Positions 8,875 through 16,701 of a stretch of 57,567 nucleotides of DNA are shown here, one piece after another (within the stretch, counting starts at the first letter, position 1; each line of letters opens with the position of its first letter). Below the pieces are notes generated by a model. That model saw only the letters and a program-made list of their open reading frames with translations, had not been told where the DNA came from and did not search any database. The position numbers and the translations under genes are program-made. The DNA comes from an uncultured bacterium (GTDB taxonomy: Bacteria > Patescibacteriota > Minisyncoccia > Phycocordibacterales > Zambryskibacteraceae): positions 1-57,567 of the forward strand of contig CAWBLF010000001.1 of NCBI GenBank assembly GCA_963789635.1. Reading direction: 5' to 3'.

Positions 8875-9264
8875 TTACCATATATTGAAAAGCACTTCGC
8901 CACCGACTTTTTCTTTGCGCGCGTCTGCGCCGGTTAGAATACCCTTTGGAGTGGAGATGATGCTGTCGCCGTAGCCGTTTTTAACCTTACGAATATCACT
9001 TACTTGCTGGTATACACGACGAGACGGCTTGGAAACACGTTTTACTCCTGCAATTTTTGGGGTACGACCATCATAAACCAATTCAACTTCAATAAATTTT
9101 GTAACTTTTTTGCCTTTCTTGGTGACAGACTTGATGTATCCGTGATTTTGAAGAATAACGCAAATTTCATATTTAAGTTTGGAATACGGGATGATGACCG
9201 ACTCTTTTTGAGCGGCCGTACCATTCTGTATACGGATAATCATGTCTGAAATTGGATCGGTCAT
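8875..9264 (-). CDS. rpsH: 30S ribosomal protein S8
   Basis: MTDPISDMIIRIQNG... and GGEVLFNIW C-terminus match S8. Confidence 0.9.
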   Translation of the reverse strand: MTDPISDMIIRIQNGTAAQKESVIIPYSKLKYEICVILQNHGYIKSVTKKGKKVTKFIEVELVYDGRTPKIAGVKRVSKPSRRVYQQVSDIRKVKNGYGDSIISTPKGILTGADARKEKVGGEVLFNIW

Positions 9265-9356
9265 TGAATTAGTTTAAAAGTTTGGAAGTTTTTAAGTTTG
9301 GATTCGTTTGTTTGAGTATTTAACTTTCAAACTTACCAACTTTTCAAATTTGAGCT

Positions 9357-9542
9357 TTACCAGCTTGATTTTTTTATGCCGGGAATCTTGCCTTCGTTGG
9401 CAAATTCACGGAAACAAATACGACATAGGTCAAAATCTCGCATATAGCCATGCTTTCGACCACAGCGAAAACAACGATTAACAGCCCGAGTAGAGAACTT
9501 CGGGGTTTTCTTTGATCTTGCGATGACTGATGTTTTTGCCAT
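9357..9542 (-). CDS. rpsZ: 30S ribosomal protein S14, type Z (zinc-binding)
   Basis: 61 aa with CxxC...CxxC (CFRCGRKHG...CRICFRE). Confidence 0.9.
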   Translation of the reverse strand: MAKTSVIARSKKTPKFSTRAVNRCFRCGRKHGYMRDFDLCRICFREFANEGKIPGIKKSSW

Positions 9543-9642
9543 GCGATTGATTTTCTTGAACGGAGCGATTAGAAAATCATCGTCCTAAGCCCGTTGGGGC
9601 GAAGGAGGACTGATTTGCTTTAACCTACTCCTTAGGTTATCT

Positions 9643-9665
9643 AACAAAAAAGCTTCAACGAAGCT
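9643..9665 (-). terminator. terminator-like hairpin plus U-run inside the rplE-rpsZ spacer
   Basis: Minus strand reads agcttc-guu-gaagct followed by uuuuuguu. It lies in a 275-nt spacer that is normally absent from spc operons. Confidence 0.4.
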
Positions 9666-9817
9666 AGGGTCTCATCCTAACAAGACCGTTTGGCATTGTC
9701 AAATATAGATTTTTTACCAAAGCACTTGAAAAAATACCTATAATTTTGGTGTTTTCCGACGTTTATGGCCATCCATTTGCAATCAAGTTAGACAAGACCT
9801 AATGACCTCAAAAACCG

Positions 9818-10381
9818 CTATCTTTTCTTTTTTTCAGTGTCCTCTTTTTTAAACGGAAAACCTAGCTCATCAAGAAACGCCTTGAGCTCATCCTTGGATT
9901 TTGCTGTAGTAACGACGGTAACCGCCAAACCGAATACATCTTTGAGGTCTTCATCCGATGTTTCCGGAAAAATCGTATGCTCACGAATGCCAAGCGTGTA
10001 GTTGCCCATTGAGTCAAAAGAAGTATTGGAAATGCCACGAAAATCTTTGGTGCGTGGTAATGCGATGTTGATCAACTTATCCAAAAAATCATACATGCGT
10101 GCACCGCGAAGAGTGGTCTGAAGACCTACGGGATCACCTTGTCGTACTTTGAAGGCCGCTACGGATTGTTTGGCTCCTTTGCGCGCAGACTTTTGCCCGG
10201 TAATTTTGGCGAGCCTGTCTTCCGCCAAATCAATCTTTTTCTTATCCTTAAACGAACCGACACCGGCCGAAATAACAACCTTTTGAATTTTGGGACTTTG
10301 CATAACATTTTTGTATCCCCTCTTATCCTTGAGAGATTTGTATGCGTCTTTCGCTTTTTCTTTTGTTGATTTGGTTGCCAT
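9818..10381 (-). CDS. rplE: 50S ribosomal protein L5
   Basis: 187-aa ORF with L5 blocks (PKIQKVVISAGVG, GMRGARMYDFLDKLINIALPR). Confidence 0.9.
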   Translation of the reverse strand: MATKSTKEKAKDAYKSLKDKRGYKNVMQSPKIQKVVISAGVGSFKDKKKIDLAEDRLAKITGQKSARKGAKQSVAAFKVRQGDPVGLQTTLRGARMYDFLDKLINIALPRTKDFRGISNTSFDSMGNYTLGIREHTIFPETSDEDLKDVFGLAVTVVTTAKSKDELKAFLDELGFPFKKEDTEKKKR

Positions 10382-10495
10382 CCCGATATAAAAATTTTAT
10401 TAATGAATTGCTGGTCTATCCTACTCGTTTTGAAGCTTTTGTCTACTTATTACACGTGAAATTTGTGCAATCTAACGTTATCCGGAATTAGATTA

Positions 10496-10804
10496 CTATG
10501 AAATTTCTGTTTTACTTTTTACCGCCACGCGGATACTTTTGTTGCCTTTCAATTCATGTCGAACTCTGGTTCCCTTGCCGGTCTTCGGATCAACCAGCTG
10601 GACGTTCGACACGTTAACAGGAAAAGCCTGCTCAAGAATCTGGCCTTTTTCATTGGTCTTGTTCGCCTTCTTGTGAATTTTTTTGATATTAACACTTGCG
10701 ACAACTACACTGTTTTGTTTTGGCAAAGCTCGAATAACCTTACCAGTCTTCCCCCGATCTTTTCCCGAAAGCACTACGACATTATCACCTTTTTTAATAT
10801 ACAT
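10496..10804 (-). CDS. rplX: 50S ribosomal protein L24
   Basis: MYIKKGDNVVVLSGKDRGKTGKV (KOW motif). The upstream part of the 156-aa ORF overlaps rplN and was trimmed to ATG 10804. Confidence 0.9.
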   Translation of the reverse strand: MYIKKGDNVVVLSGKDRGKTGKVIRALPKQNSVVVASVNIKKIHKKANKTNEKGQILEQAFPVNVSNVQLVDPKTGKGTRVRHELKGNKSIRVAVKSKTEIS

Positions 10805-10820
10805 AAATATTGATGAATGA

Positions 10821-11192
10821 CTAAACGACCTCTGGCGCCAAAGAAATAATCGGTTGAAAACCCATTTCACCGAGTTCCCGCGGAATCGGACCAAAGACGC
10901 GCCCGGCGATGGGCTCGTGCTTCGCTTTGTCCACGATAATAACGGCATTCTCATCAAAACGCACATATGAGCCGTCGGCTCTACGAAACGGGAATTTTTG
11001 TCTGGCCACTACGGCGTAAAGAATATCTTTTTTCTTGACCGCTTTTCGTGGTTGGGCCACCTGGACGGAAAGAACCACAATGTCCCCGATTTGGGCATAT
11101 CGTTTTTTGGAACCACCGAGCACTTTGAATATGCGTCCGATTTTTGCTCCGGAATTATCTGCGATTTTTACGATGGAACGTGGTTGAATCAT
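10821..11192 (-). CDS. rplN: 50S ribosomal protein L14
   Basis: MIQPRSIVKIADNSGAK... matches L14. Start trimmed to ATG 11192. Confidence 0.9.
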   Translation of the reverse strand: MIQPRSIVKIADNSGAKIGRIFKVLGGSKKRYAQIGDIVVLSVQVAQPRKAVKKKDILYAVVARQKFPFRRADGSYVRFDENAVIIVDKAKHEPIAGRVFGPIPRELGEMGFQPIISLAPEVV

Positions 11193-11202
11193 AATACGAA
11201 TG

Positions 11203-11502
11203 TTATAAATTGTTTTCGCTTCTGTCTGCGTTAGTTTCGCGTCTGTCTGCGACAACAACGAAGTGCTTGTTTTTTGAAATTGGTTTGGTTTCTCTTATAG
11301 TCACTTTCTCGCCGACGACACGAGCATTGCCAACATCGTGAACTTGATACCGCTTTCGACGTTGAATAAATTTTTTGTATCTTGGGTGCTCAACGAAGCG
11401 CTCGACAGCGACAACGATGGTGTCCTTCATTTTGGTCGAAACCACTACTCCTTTAAGGGTTTTTGATCGTGGAATTTTTTGTTGTGACGCTTTTGTATTC
11501 AT
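11203..11502 (-). CDS. rpsQ: 30S ribosomal protein S17
   Basis: LKGVVVSTKMKDTIVVAVERFVEHPRYKK matches S17. Start trimmed to ATG 11502, just after the rpmC stop at 11507. Confidence 0.9.
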   Translation of the reverse strand: MNTKASQQKIPRSKTLKGVVVSTKMKDTIVVAVERFVEHPRYKKFIQRRKRYQVHDVGNARVVGEKVTIRETKPISKNKHFVVVADRRETNADRSENNL

Positions 11503-11506
11503 ATAA

Positions 11507-11692
11507 TTACTTCTTTCTGCGCGACAACTCCGTTTGAACACGGGCTATCTCGCGACGCAAACCCCTGCCTTCTCTGACATTACGATTTTTACTTCCGGCA
11601 ATTCCAAAACGAAAATTTTTCAAGTTTTCCATTTTTTCAATGAGAAGCTTGTTTAAATCCTTGTCTTCTTTTGTTTGAATATCCTTGGTCAT
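11507..11692 (-). CDS. rpmC: 50S ribosomal protein L29
   Basis: 61-aa helical basic ORF between rplP and rpsQ (NLKNFRFGIAGSKNRNV...). Confidence 0.85.
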   Translation of the reverse strand: MTKDIQTKEDKDLNKLLIEKMENLKNFRFGIAGSKNRNVREGRGLRREIARVQTELSRRKK

Positions 11693-11701
11693 AATGAATT
11701 A

Positions 11702-12121
11702 TTATGTTCGAGCGACCACTTTGGTCTTGACCGGGAGCTTTGTTCCTCCTTTTCGCAAGGCCTCTCTGGCTTCCACTTCCGGTAATCCGTCAACTTCAAA
11801 AATAACTCTGCCCGGAAGAACAGCCGCCACGTAGCCGGCCAAATCTCCTTTACCCTTACCCAATTTAACTTCGGCAGGCTTCTGAGTATACGGCATGTCA
11901 GGAAAAATGCGAATCCAAACTTTGCCGGTCTTTCCGACTGACCTTGATATGGCTTTACGGGCTGCTTCAATCTGATTTGAACGAATGCGTCCGGACGCCA
12001 AGGACTTGAGCCCATACGAACCAAAAGCCACTGTAGTGCCACGAGAAGCCACGCCGACCTTGAGAGGGTTCTTGCGCATGGTTTGCCATTTTCGATATTT
12101 TACTTTTTTGGGTAGCAACAT
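11702..12121 (-). CDS. rplP: 50S ribosomal protein L16
   Basis: MLLPKKVKYRKWQ... and GKGKGDLAGYVAAVLPGRVIFEV match L16. Confidence 0.9.
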   Translation of the reverse strand: MLLPKKVKYRKWQTMRKNPLKVGVASRGTTVAFGSYGLKSLASGRIRSNQIEAARKAISRSVGKTGKVWIRIFPDMPYTQKPAEVKLGKGKGDLAGYVAAVLPGRVIFEVDGLPEVEAREALRKGGTKLPVKTKVVART

Positions 12122-12287
12122 GTTATTGATTTTTAAAAAACGAAGTGATTATAAAAATCATCATCCCTCCCCACATTTAACAATGACCATAAATGACCAT
12201 TGGAAGTTTGCTTTGTCATACTATTCTTTTTTTTAAAATTTGATTTCATGTTTAAAAGTGGAGCGGGATGCTCAATAAAAATAGTCG
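12122..12287 (-). promoter_or_regulatory. structured intergenic element, copy 1 (rpsC-rplP spacer)
   Basis: 166-nt spacer. Hairpin A is 12127-12135/12152-12160. The long-range stem pairs 12162-12180 with 12251-12270. Both ends are homologous to the 12960-13128 spacer. Confidence 0.7.
12133..12249 (-). CDS. candidate 38-codon small ORF inside spacer copy 1
   Basis: ATG 12249..TAA 12133 reads MKSNFKKKNSMTKQTSNGHLWSLLNVGRDDDFYNHFVF. It has the same length, frame position and termini as the ORF at 12971-13087. Confidence 0.3.
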   Translation of the reverse strand: MKSNFKKKNSMTKQTSNGHLWSLLNVGRDDDFYNHFVF

Positions 12288-12959
12288 CTATACTTCTTTT
12301 TTATTGGCAAAAATCTCACCGCGGTAAATCCATACTTTGATACCCAAGTGTCCATATGGAAGTTTGGCTTCGTAGTGAGCATAATCCACGTCGGCTCGAA
12401 ACGTCTGAAGAGGAATCTGTCCCATCTTCCTGGTTTCGCTACGAGCTATGGATGAACCGGCCAATCTCCCTCCTATGAAAATCTTTACTCCTTTGACATC
12501 GCGATTTGCCATAACCTTTTCGACCATCTGTTTGATGACTCTTCTATAGGGCAAACGCTTTTCCAAACCCTCGGCGACCATCTGAGCGACGATTAATGCA
12601 TTTGATTCTGGTGATTTGAGTTCACGAATATCAAGTTTGACTTCCTCTTTTCCGCTGTATACCCCGCGTTTTTTCATCATTCTGACAATTTCATCCTTTA
12701 GTTTTACGGCGCCGTCGCCACTGCGACCAATAATCATACCGGGGCGTGATGTCTCAACGATAATGCGAAGCATTTTTTCATTACGTTCAATTTCAATACT
12801 GCTGACATACATGCCTCGCAATTTCTTTTCCAAAAATGAACGGATAACGAGATCACCACGAAGAAAAGACTTGTACTTATCTTTCGCGCCGAACCAACGA
12901 GATTTCCAATCTCTGATTATGCCTAGTCTATGTGAATATGGGTGGACTGTGTGGGTCAT
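12288..12959 (-). CDS. rpsC: 30S ribosomal protein S3
   Basis: 223-aa ORF with the KH domain and S3 C-terminal blocks (GIIRDWKSRWF, GRLAGSSIARSE). Confidence 0.9.
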   Translation of the reverse strand: MTHTVHPYSHRLGIIRDWKSRWFGAKDKYKSFLRGDLVIRSFLEKKLRGMYVSSIEIERNEKMLRIIVETSRPGMIIGRSGDGAVKLKDEIVRMMKKRGVYSGKEEVKLDIRELKSPESNALIVAQMVAEGLEKRLPYRRVIKQMVEKVMANRDVKGVKIFIGGRLAGSSIARSETRKMGQIPLQTFRADVDYAHYEAKLPYGHLGIKVWIYRGEIFANKKEV

Positions 12960-13128
12960 GTGGCTGATTTTTAACGAGCGGAGCGAGTATTAAAATCGCC
13001 ATCCAGCTCCACTTTTAATGCAAACTTCATGTGATTACTGAAAGTGTGCTGTGCTAGCATATCATTTTTTATAAAATGTGATTTCATGTTTAAAAGTGGG
13101 GCTGGATACTCAAAAAATATATTGTTCA
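12960..13128 (-). promoter_or_regulatory. structured intergenic element, copy 2 (rplV-rpsC spacer)
   Basis: 169-nt spacer. Hairpin A is 12966-12974/12990-12997. The long-range stem pairs 13001-13018 with 13090-13107. It is a paralogue of 12122-12287. Confidence 0.7.
12971..13087 (-). CDS. candidate 38-codon small ORF inside spacer copy 2
   Basis: ATG 13087..TAA 12971 reads MKSHFIKNDMLAQHTFSNHMKFALKVELDGDFNTRSAR. It is a paralogue of the 12133-12249 ORF. Confidence 0.3.
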   Translation of the reverse strand: MKSHFIKNDMLAQHTFSNHMKFALKVELDGDFNTRSAR

Positions 13129-13506
13129 TTATTTTTTGGTAGCTTTTAGTTTTTTTTCTTTCTTTGCTTTTGATTCTTTTGTTTCAAGCACAAGCATAAT
13201 GTGGCTTGTACGCTTGTGAATGGACGGCGCACGGCCACGGGAAGCGGAACGTCGTCGGTATAAAATTGCGCCACCATCAACACGAATTTCCTTAATATAC
13301 AAATTATCGGTTTCAATCGCTTTGTCTTTGGCGTTTGCAATGGCCGAAGCAATAAGCTTGCCTAAAGGGTTGGACGAGCGTTTTGCGATGAAACCCAGTT
13401 TGGTCAAAGCTAGATTGGCGTTTTGTCCACGCAACTCTCTTGCCACAAGTCTCACCTTTCTGGGCGATTGACGATAATCATTGAGTTGTGCGGTTACTGT
13501 AGACAT
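13129..13506 (-). CDS. rplV: 50S ribosomal protein L22 (Lys-rich C-terminal tail)
   Basis: SPRKVRLVARELRGQNANLAL and RRRSASRGRAPSIHKRTSHI match L22. Confidence 0.9.
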   Translation of the reverse strand: MSTVTAQLNDYRQSPRKVRLVARELRGQNANLALTKLGFIAKRSSNPLGKLIASAIANAKDKAIETDNLYIKEIRVDGGAILYRRRSASRGRAPSIHKRTSHIMLVLETKESKAKKEKKLKATKK

Positions 13507-13520
13507 AAAATAATATTAAA

Positions 13521-13880
13521 CTACTTTTTTGGAGCCGCTGTTGTAGACCCTGCGGTGGCAGCTTTGGCCGACTGAGCTGCCGCGATTTCGGATTCTTTCT
13601 TTGCTTGTTCAATTTCCTTTTGCATTTTACCGCCGTGTTTTATGAATTTACGGGTCGGTGAAAATTCTCCCAGTCTGTGACCCACCATGTCTTCGGACAC
13701 AAAAACCTCTATGTGGTCTTTGCCGTTGTGGACACCGAAGGTAAATCCCACCATTTCAGGTGCTATCTGGCTTGCTCGTGACCAAGTCTTAATGACACTT
13801 GAGGTACCGGCTTTCTGCCCCTCAATTTTCTTGAGAAGTCTTTCGTCAACATATGGTCCTTTTTTACTTGATCGTGTCAT
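13521..13880 (-). CDS. rpsS: 30S ribosomal protein S19 (about 27-aa Ala/Lys-rich C-terminal extension)
   Basis: [19 protein letters not shown]... and [13 protein letters not shown] match S19. Confidence 0.9.
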   Translation of the reverse strand: MTRSSKKGPYVDERLLKKIEGQKAGTSSVIKTWSRASQIAPEMVGFTFGVHNGKDHIEVFVSEDMVGHRLGEFSPTRKFIKHGGKMQKEIEQAKKESEIAAAQSAKAATAGSTTAAPKK

Positions 13881-14053
13881 TGCCAGACTAAATTTTCTTA
13901 TAAAATCGCTAAACCAATTGGTTCTGCCTATTCTATCCCCTCGTATTTAACTCGGTAAATAAAATTATTTTTGGTTGGTGAACATAAAAAGCCCACGAAG
14001 AGCTTGGCCGAATACTAGCAAAATATCCAGTATTGTCAAATGAGATAGCCTTG

Positions 14054-14911
14054 TTACTTCTTCCCCACCTTCCTTCTTCGAACGATGTAAACGTTTGAAT
14101 ATTTTTTCGGTCGACGAGATTTTTGACCCTTGCCTGTTGGTCGGCCGGTGCGTGTTTTTTGTCGACGGCTGCCACGTCCGCTACGGCCTTCACCTCCACC
14201 GTGCGGATGGTCTACCGGGTTCATCGCTGTTCCTCTCACGGTAGGACGAATACCCAGCCAACGAGAACGGCCGGCTTTACCAAGATTTACCAGACGGTTC
14301 TCATCATTGGAAACTTCACCCAACGTAGCAAAACAATTTTCACTGACTTTACGAATTTCCGACGAAGGCATCTTGAGGTCAACCTTACCCGCGTCTTTGG
14401 CTACAACTTCAATGTAGTTACCTGCAGAGCGTCCGAGCTTACCACCTCCATGGGGTTTGACTTCCACATTGTATACAAATGTTCCCAACGGAATATTTTT
14501 TAATGGCAGACGATTACCCGGTGTTTGCGGAGCGGATTCACCTGTCATCAATACGTCTCCAACTTTAACTCCTTTGGGTAACAACACGTAACGCTTTTCT
14601 CCGTCACGATAAACTGCAAGACCGATAAAACCTGTGCGATTTGGGTCATACTCCACACTTGAAATGGTGTAGGGGATGTTCAATTTGTCATACATAAAAT
14701 CAATTTCACGAAACAAACGCTTGTGTCCTCCCCCTTTGTGCGAAGTGGTGATGCGACCGTGGTGATTGCGTCCCATTTTACGGCTAAAACCTGTCGTTAA
14801 AGACTTGTGAGGATTTTGCTCGGTAACAATCTTCGAATAGTGAATCGAAGTCATGTTGCGTCGCGATTTTGTTGTCGGTTTGTAGTGTTTCATTTTTTTA
14901 TACAAATTCAA
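14054..14911 (-). CDS. rplB: 50S ribosomal protein L2
   Basis: GRNHHGRITTSHKGGGHKR and RGTAMNPVDHPHGGGEGR match L2. Confidence 0.95.
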   Translation of the reverse strand: MNLYKKMKHYKPTTKSRRNMTSIHYSKIVTEQNPHKSLTTGFSRKMGRNHHGRITTSHKGGGHKRLFREIDFMYDKLNIPYTISSVEYDPNRTGFIGLAVYRDGEKRYVLLPKGVKVGDVLMTGESAPQTPGNRLPLKNIPLGTFVYNVEVKPHGGGKLGRSAGNYIEVVAKDAGKVDLKMPSSEIRKVSENCFATLGEVSNDENRLVNLGKAGRSRWLGIRPTVRGTAMNPVDHPHGGGEGRSGRGSRRQKTRTGRPTGKGQKSRRPKKYSNVYIVRRRKVGKK

Positions 14912-15242
14912 TCTTGTCTCCTTTCTTCAAATAGACAAGCGCTTTTTTGCCACCCGCGCGAAATCCTTTTTTGCCACGCGAAATAGTATTCTTCCTTGGT
15001 ATAGTAACGATACTGACCTTTGTCGGAGTAACTTTGTAACTTTCGACCACAGCGTCATGAATTTGTGATTTTGTTGACGATGGTATCACATTGAAAATAT
15101 AAACATTATCATTCATGGCCTTATCCGAAGCTTTTTCGGTAATACGCGGGCTTAAAAGAATGTGAGTAAGGTGATGCATGCCGGGAACTTTTTCGGTTTT
15201 TGAAACTTCTTTTGATTCTTTTGAAACTTTTTTTATAGCCAT
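14898..15242 (-). CDS. rplW: 50S ribosomal protein L23 (N-terminal extension)
   Basis: ILLSPRITEKASD... and KKALVYLKKGDKIE match L23. Located between rplD and rplB. Confidence 0.85.
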   Translation of the reverse strand: MAIKKVSKESKEVSKTEKVPGMHHLTHILLSPRITEKASDKAMNDNVYIFNVIPSSTKSQIHDAVVESYKVTPTKVSIVTIPRKNTISRGKKGFRAGGKKALVYLKKGDKIEFV

Positions 15243-15252
15243 AAAAATATCC

Positions 15253-16047
15253 TTATTTAACGGTCTTTTTTGTCTTACTTGGTTTGGTAGCTTTGGCTTT
15301 TATTTTGACGGAAGCTGTGGCTTTTCTCGTCGCCCGAACCGGCTTGGACGAAACAATCGCATCAGAAGTCTTGTTTTCAAGCGGTGTCTTCACTTTTGAC
15401 TCCAAAAGGGCGATAGCCTCTTTTGATCCGACCAAAACAATACCTTTGTACTGCAAAAGCATTAGTGGATTAAGATTTCTTACCTCATCTACGGTGACAG
15501 TTTCAATATTGCGAAGACTTCGGACAACACTTTCATCGCGAGTAGCGAGAGCAATCAAAAGAGCGTTGCCCTTTTTTTCAAATGAAGGAAAATTCTTTAT
15601 TTCTTTGCTGAGCAAAGAAAGTGTGGAAACCGCCATTTTGGTCTTCGCGTCATTTATGGAAAGCGAATCAATAAAAAATATCTCACCATCGCGAAATTTT
15701 CTGGAAAGGATGGTGTAAAGAGCCTTGGCTTTCATGCCACGACCCACTTTACGGGCATAATTTTTATCGTTGCGTGGGCCGTGAGTTACACCTCCACCTA
15801 CCCATATTGGTGAGCGAGTAGAGCCGTGTCGCGCTCGGCCGGTACCCTTCTGTTGCCAAGGTTTTTTGCCTCCTCCACTCACCTCACCTCTTGTTTTGGC
15901 ATGGGCGATAGTTTGTCTGGCATTCGATGCCATGGACACAGCGACTTGGTGGACCAAATCGGAATTCCAACGTAAACCAAAAACATGTTCTGGAAGTGTG
16001 ATCTTTCCTGTCTCTACTCCTTTTTGGTTGTACACTACTGATTCCAT
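15253..16047 (-). CDS. rplD: 50S ribosomal protein L4 (about 50-aa Lys-rich C-terminal extension)
   Basis: GGGKKPWQQKGTGRARHGSTRSPIWVGGGVTHGP matches L4. Confidence 0.9.
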   Translation of the reverse strand: MESVVYNQKGVETGKITLPEHVFGLRWNSDLVHQVAVSMASNARQTIAHAKTRGEVSGGGKKPWQQKGTGRARHGSTRSPIWVGGGVTHGPRNDKNYARKVGRGMKAKALYTILSRKFRDGEIFFIDSLSINDAKTKMAVSTLSLLSKEIKNFPSFEKKGNALLIALATRDESVVRSLRNIETVTVDEVRNLNPLMLLQYKGIVLVGSKEAIALLESKVKTPLENKTSDAIVSSKPVRATRKATASVKIKAKATKPSKTKKTVK

Positions 16048-16083
16048 GTTTTATTTGAAATTATCAATCGGTTTTCAAGATTC

Positions 16084-16701
16084 TTAATTTTTTCCCCTTA
16101 TTTCCACAAGCGTGCCACGACGACCCGGTACTGCACCAGAAACCAAAATGAGATTGTCTTCAGGATTGATTTGGATCACCTTAAGATTCTTCACCGTGAT
16201 GCGATCACTGCCCATTCGGCCACCCATACGCATTCCTTTTGGCACTTTGTTACGCAAACCTCCTCCAATAGAACCCGGCTCACGTTCGGAGTGCTTTTGA
16301 CCGTGGCTTCTTGGGCCTCCTTTGAAACCGTGACGCTTAACAACACCCTGGAACCCTTTTCCTTTTGAGGTGGCAGAAACAGAAACCACGTCTCCCTCAG
16401 CGAAAGAAGAGACGTCGATAGTACTTCCCAGTTCAGGGGTTGGGTCTTCATTACCGACGCGAAACTCTCTGACGGTGGCAAAAGAACCTTTGCCGGCGAA
16501 ATGCCCCTTTAGAGATTTTGTGAGATTCTTCTCTTTTTTCTTACCAAACCCCAATTGTACGGCTTTGTAGCCATCACGAGCCGGGTCTTTGATTGCAGTA
16601 ACGACCTGTTTGTCTGAGGTTAATACTGTCACAGCAGTAACCCGGCCTTCACTGTCGAAGACCTGAGTCATGCTATGCTTTTTTGCCAAAAGAAATTTCA
16701 T
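16084..16701 (-). CDS. rplC: 50S ribosomal protein L3
   Basis: GKGFQGVVKRHGFKGGPRSHG matches L3. Confidence 0.9.
   Translation of the reverse strand: MKFLLAKKHSMTQVFDSEGRVTAVTVLTSDKQVVTAIKDPARDGYKAVQLGFGKKKEKNLTKSLKGHFAGKGSFATVREFRVGNEDPTPELGSTIDVSSFAEGDVVSVSATSKGKGFQGVVKRHGFKGGPRSHGQKHSEREPGSIGGGLRNKVPKGMRMGGRMGSDRITVKNLKVIQINPEDNLILVSGAVPGRRGTLVEIRGKN

Noticed and set aside
10805-10966. Long N-terminal extensions in the ORF-track versions of rplX (10496-10966), rplN (to 11258), rpsQ (to 11541), rpsE (to 8025), rpsL (to 23933), ndk (to 4099), pilC (to 38116), nusA (from 47865), hup (from 54135) and the RNHCP gene (to 56227).
   Set aside because: The extensions overlap the 3' end of the preceding conserved gene or a tRNA, and they have no similarity to the family. 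In each case an internal ATG at the canonical family N-terminus gives the expected length.
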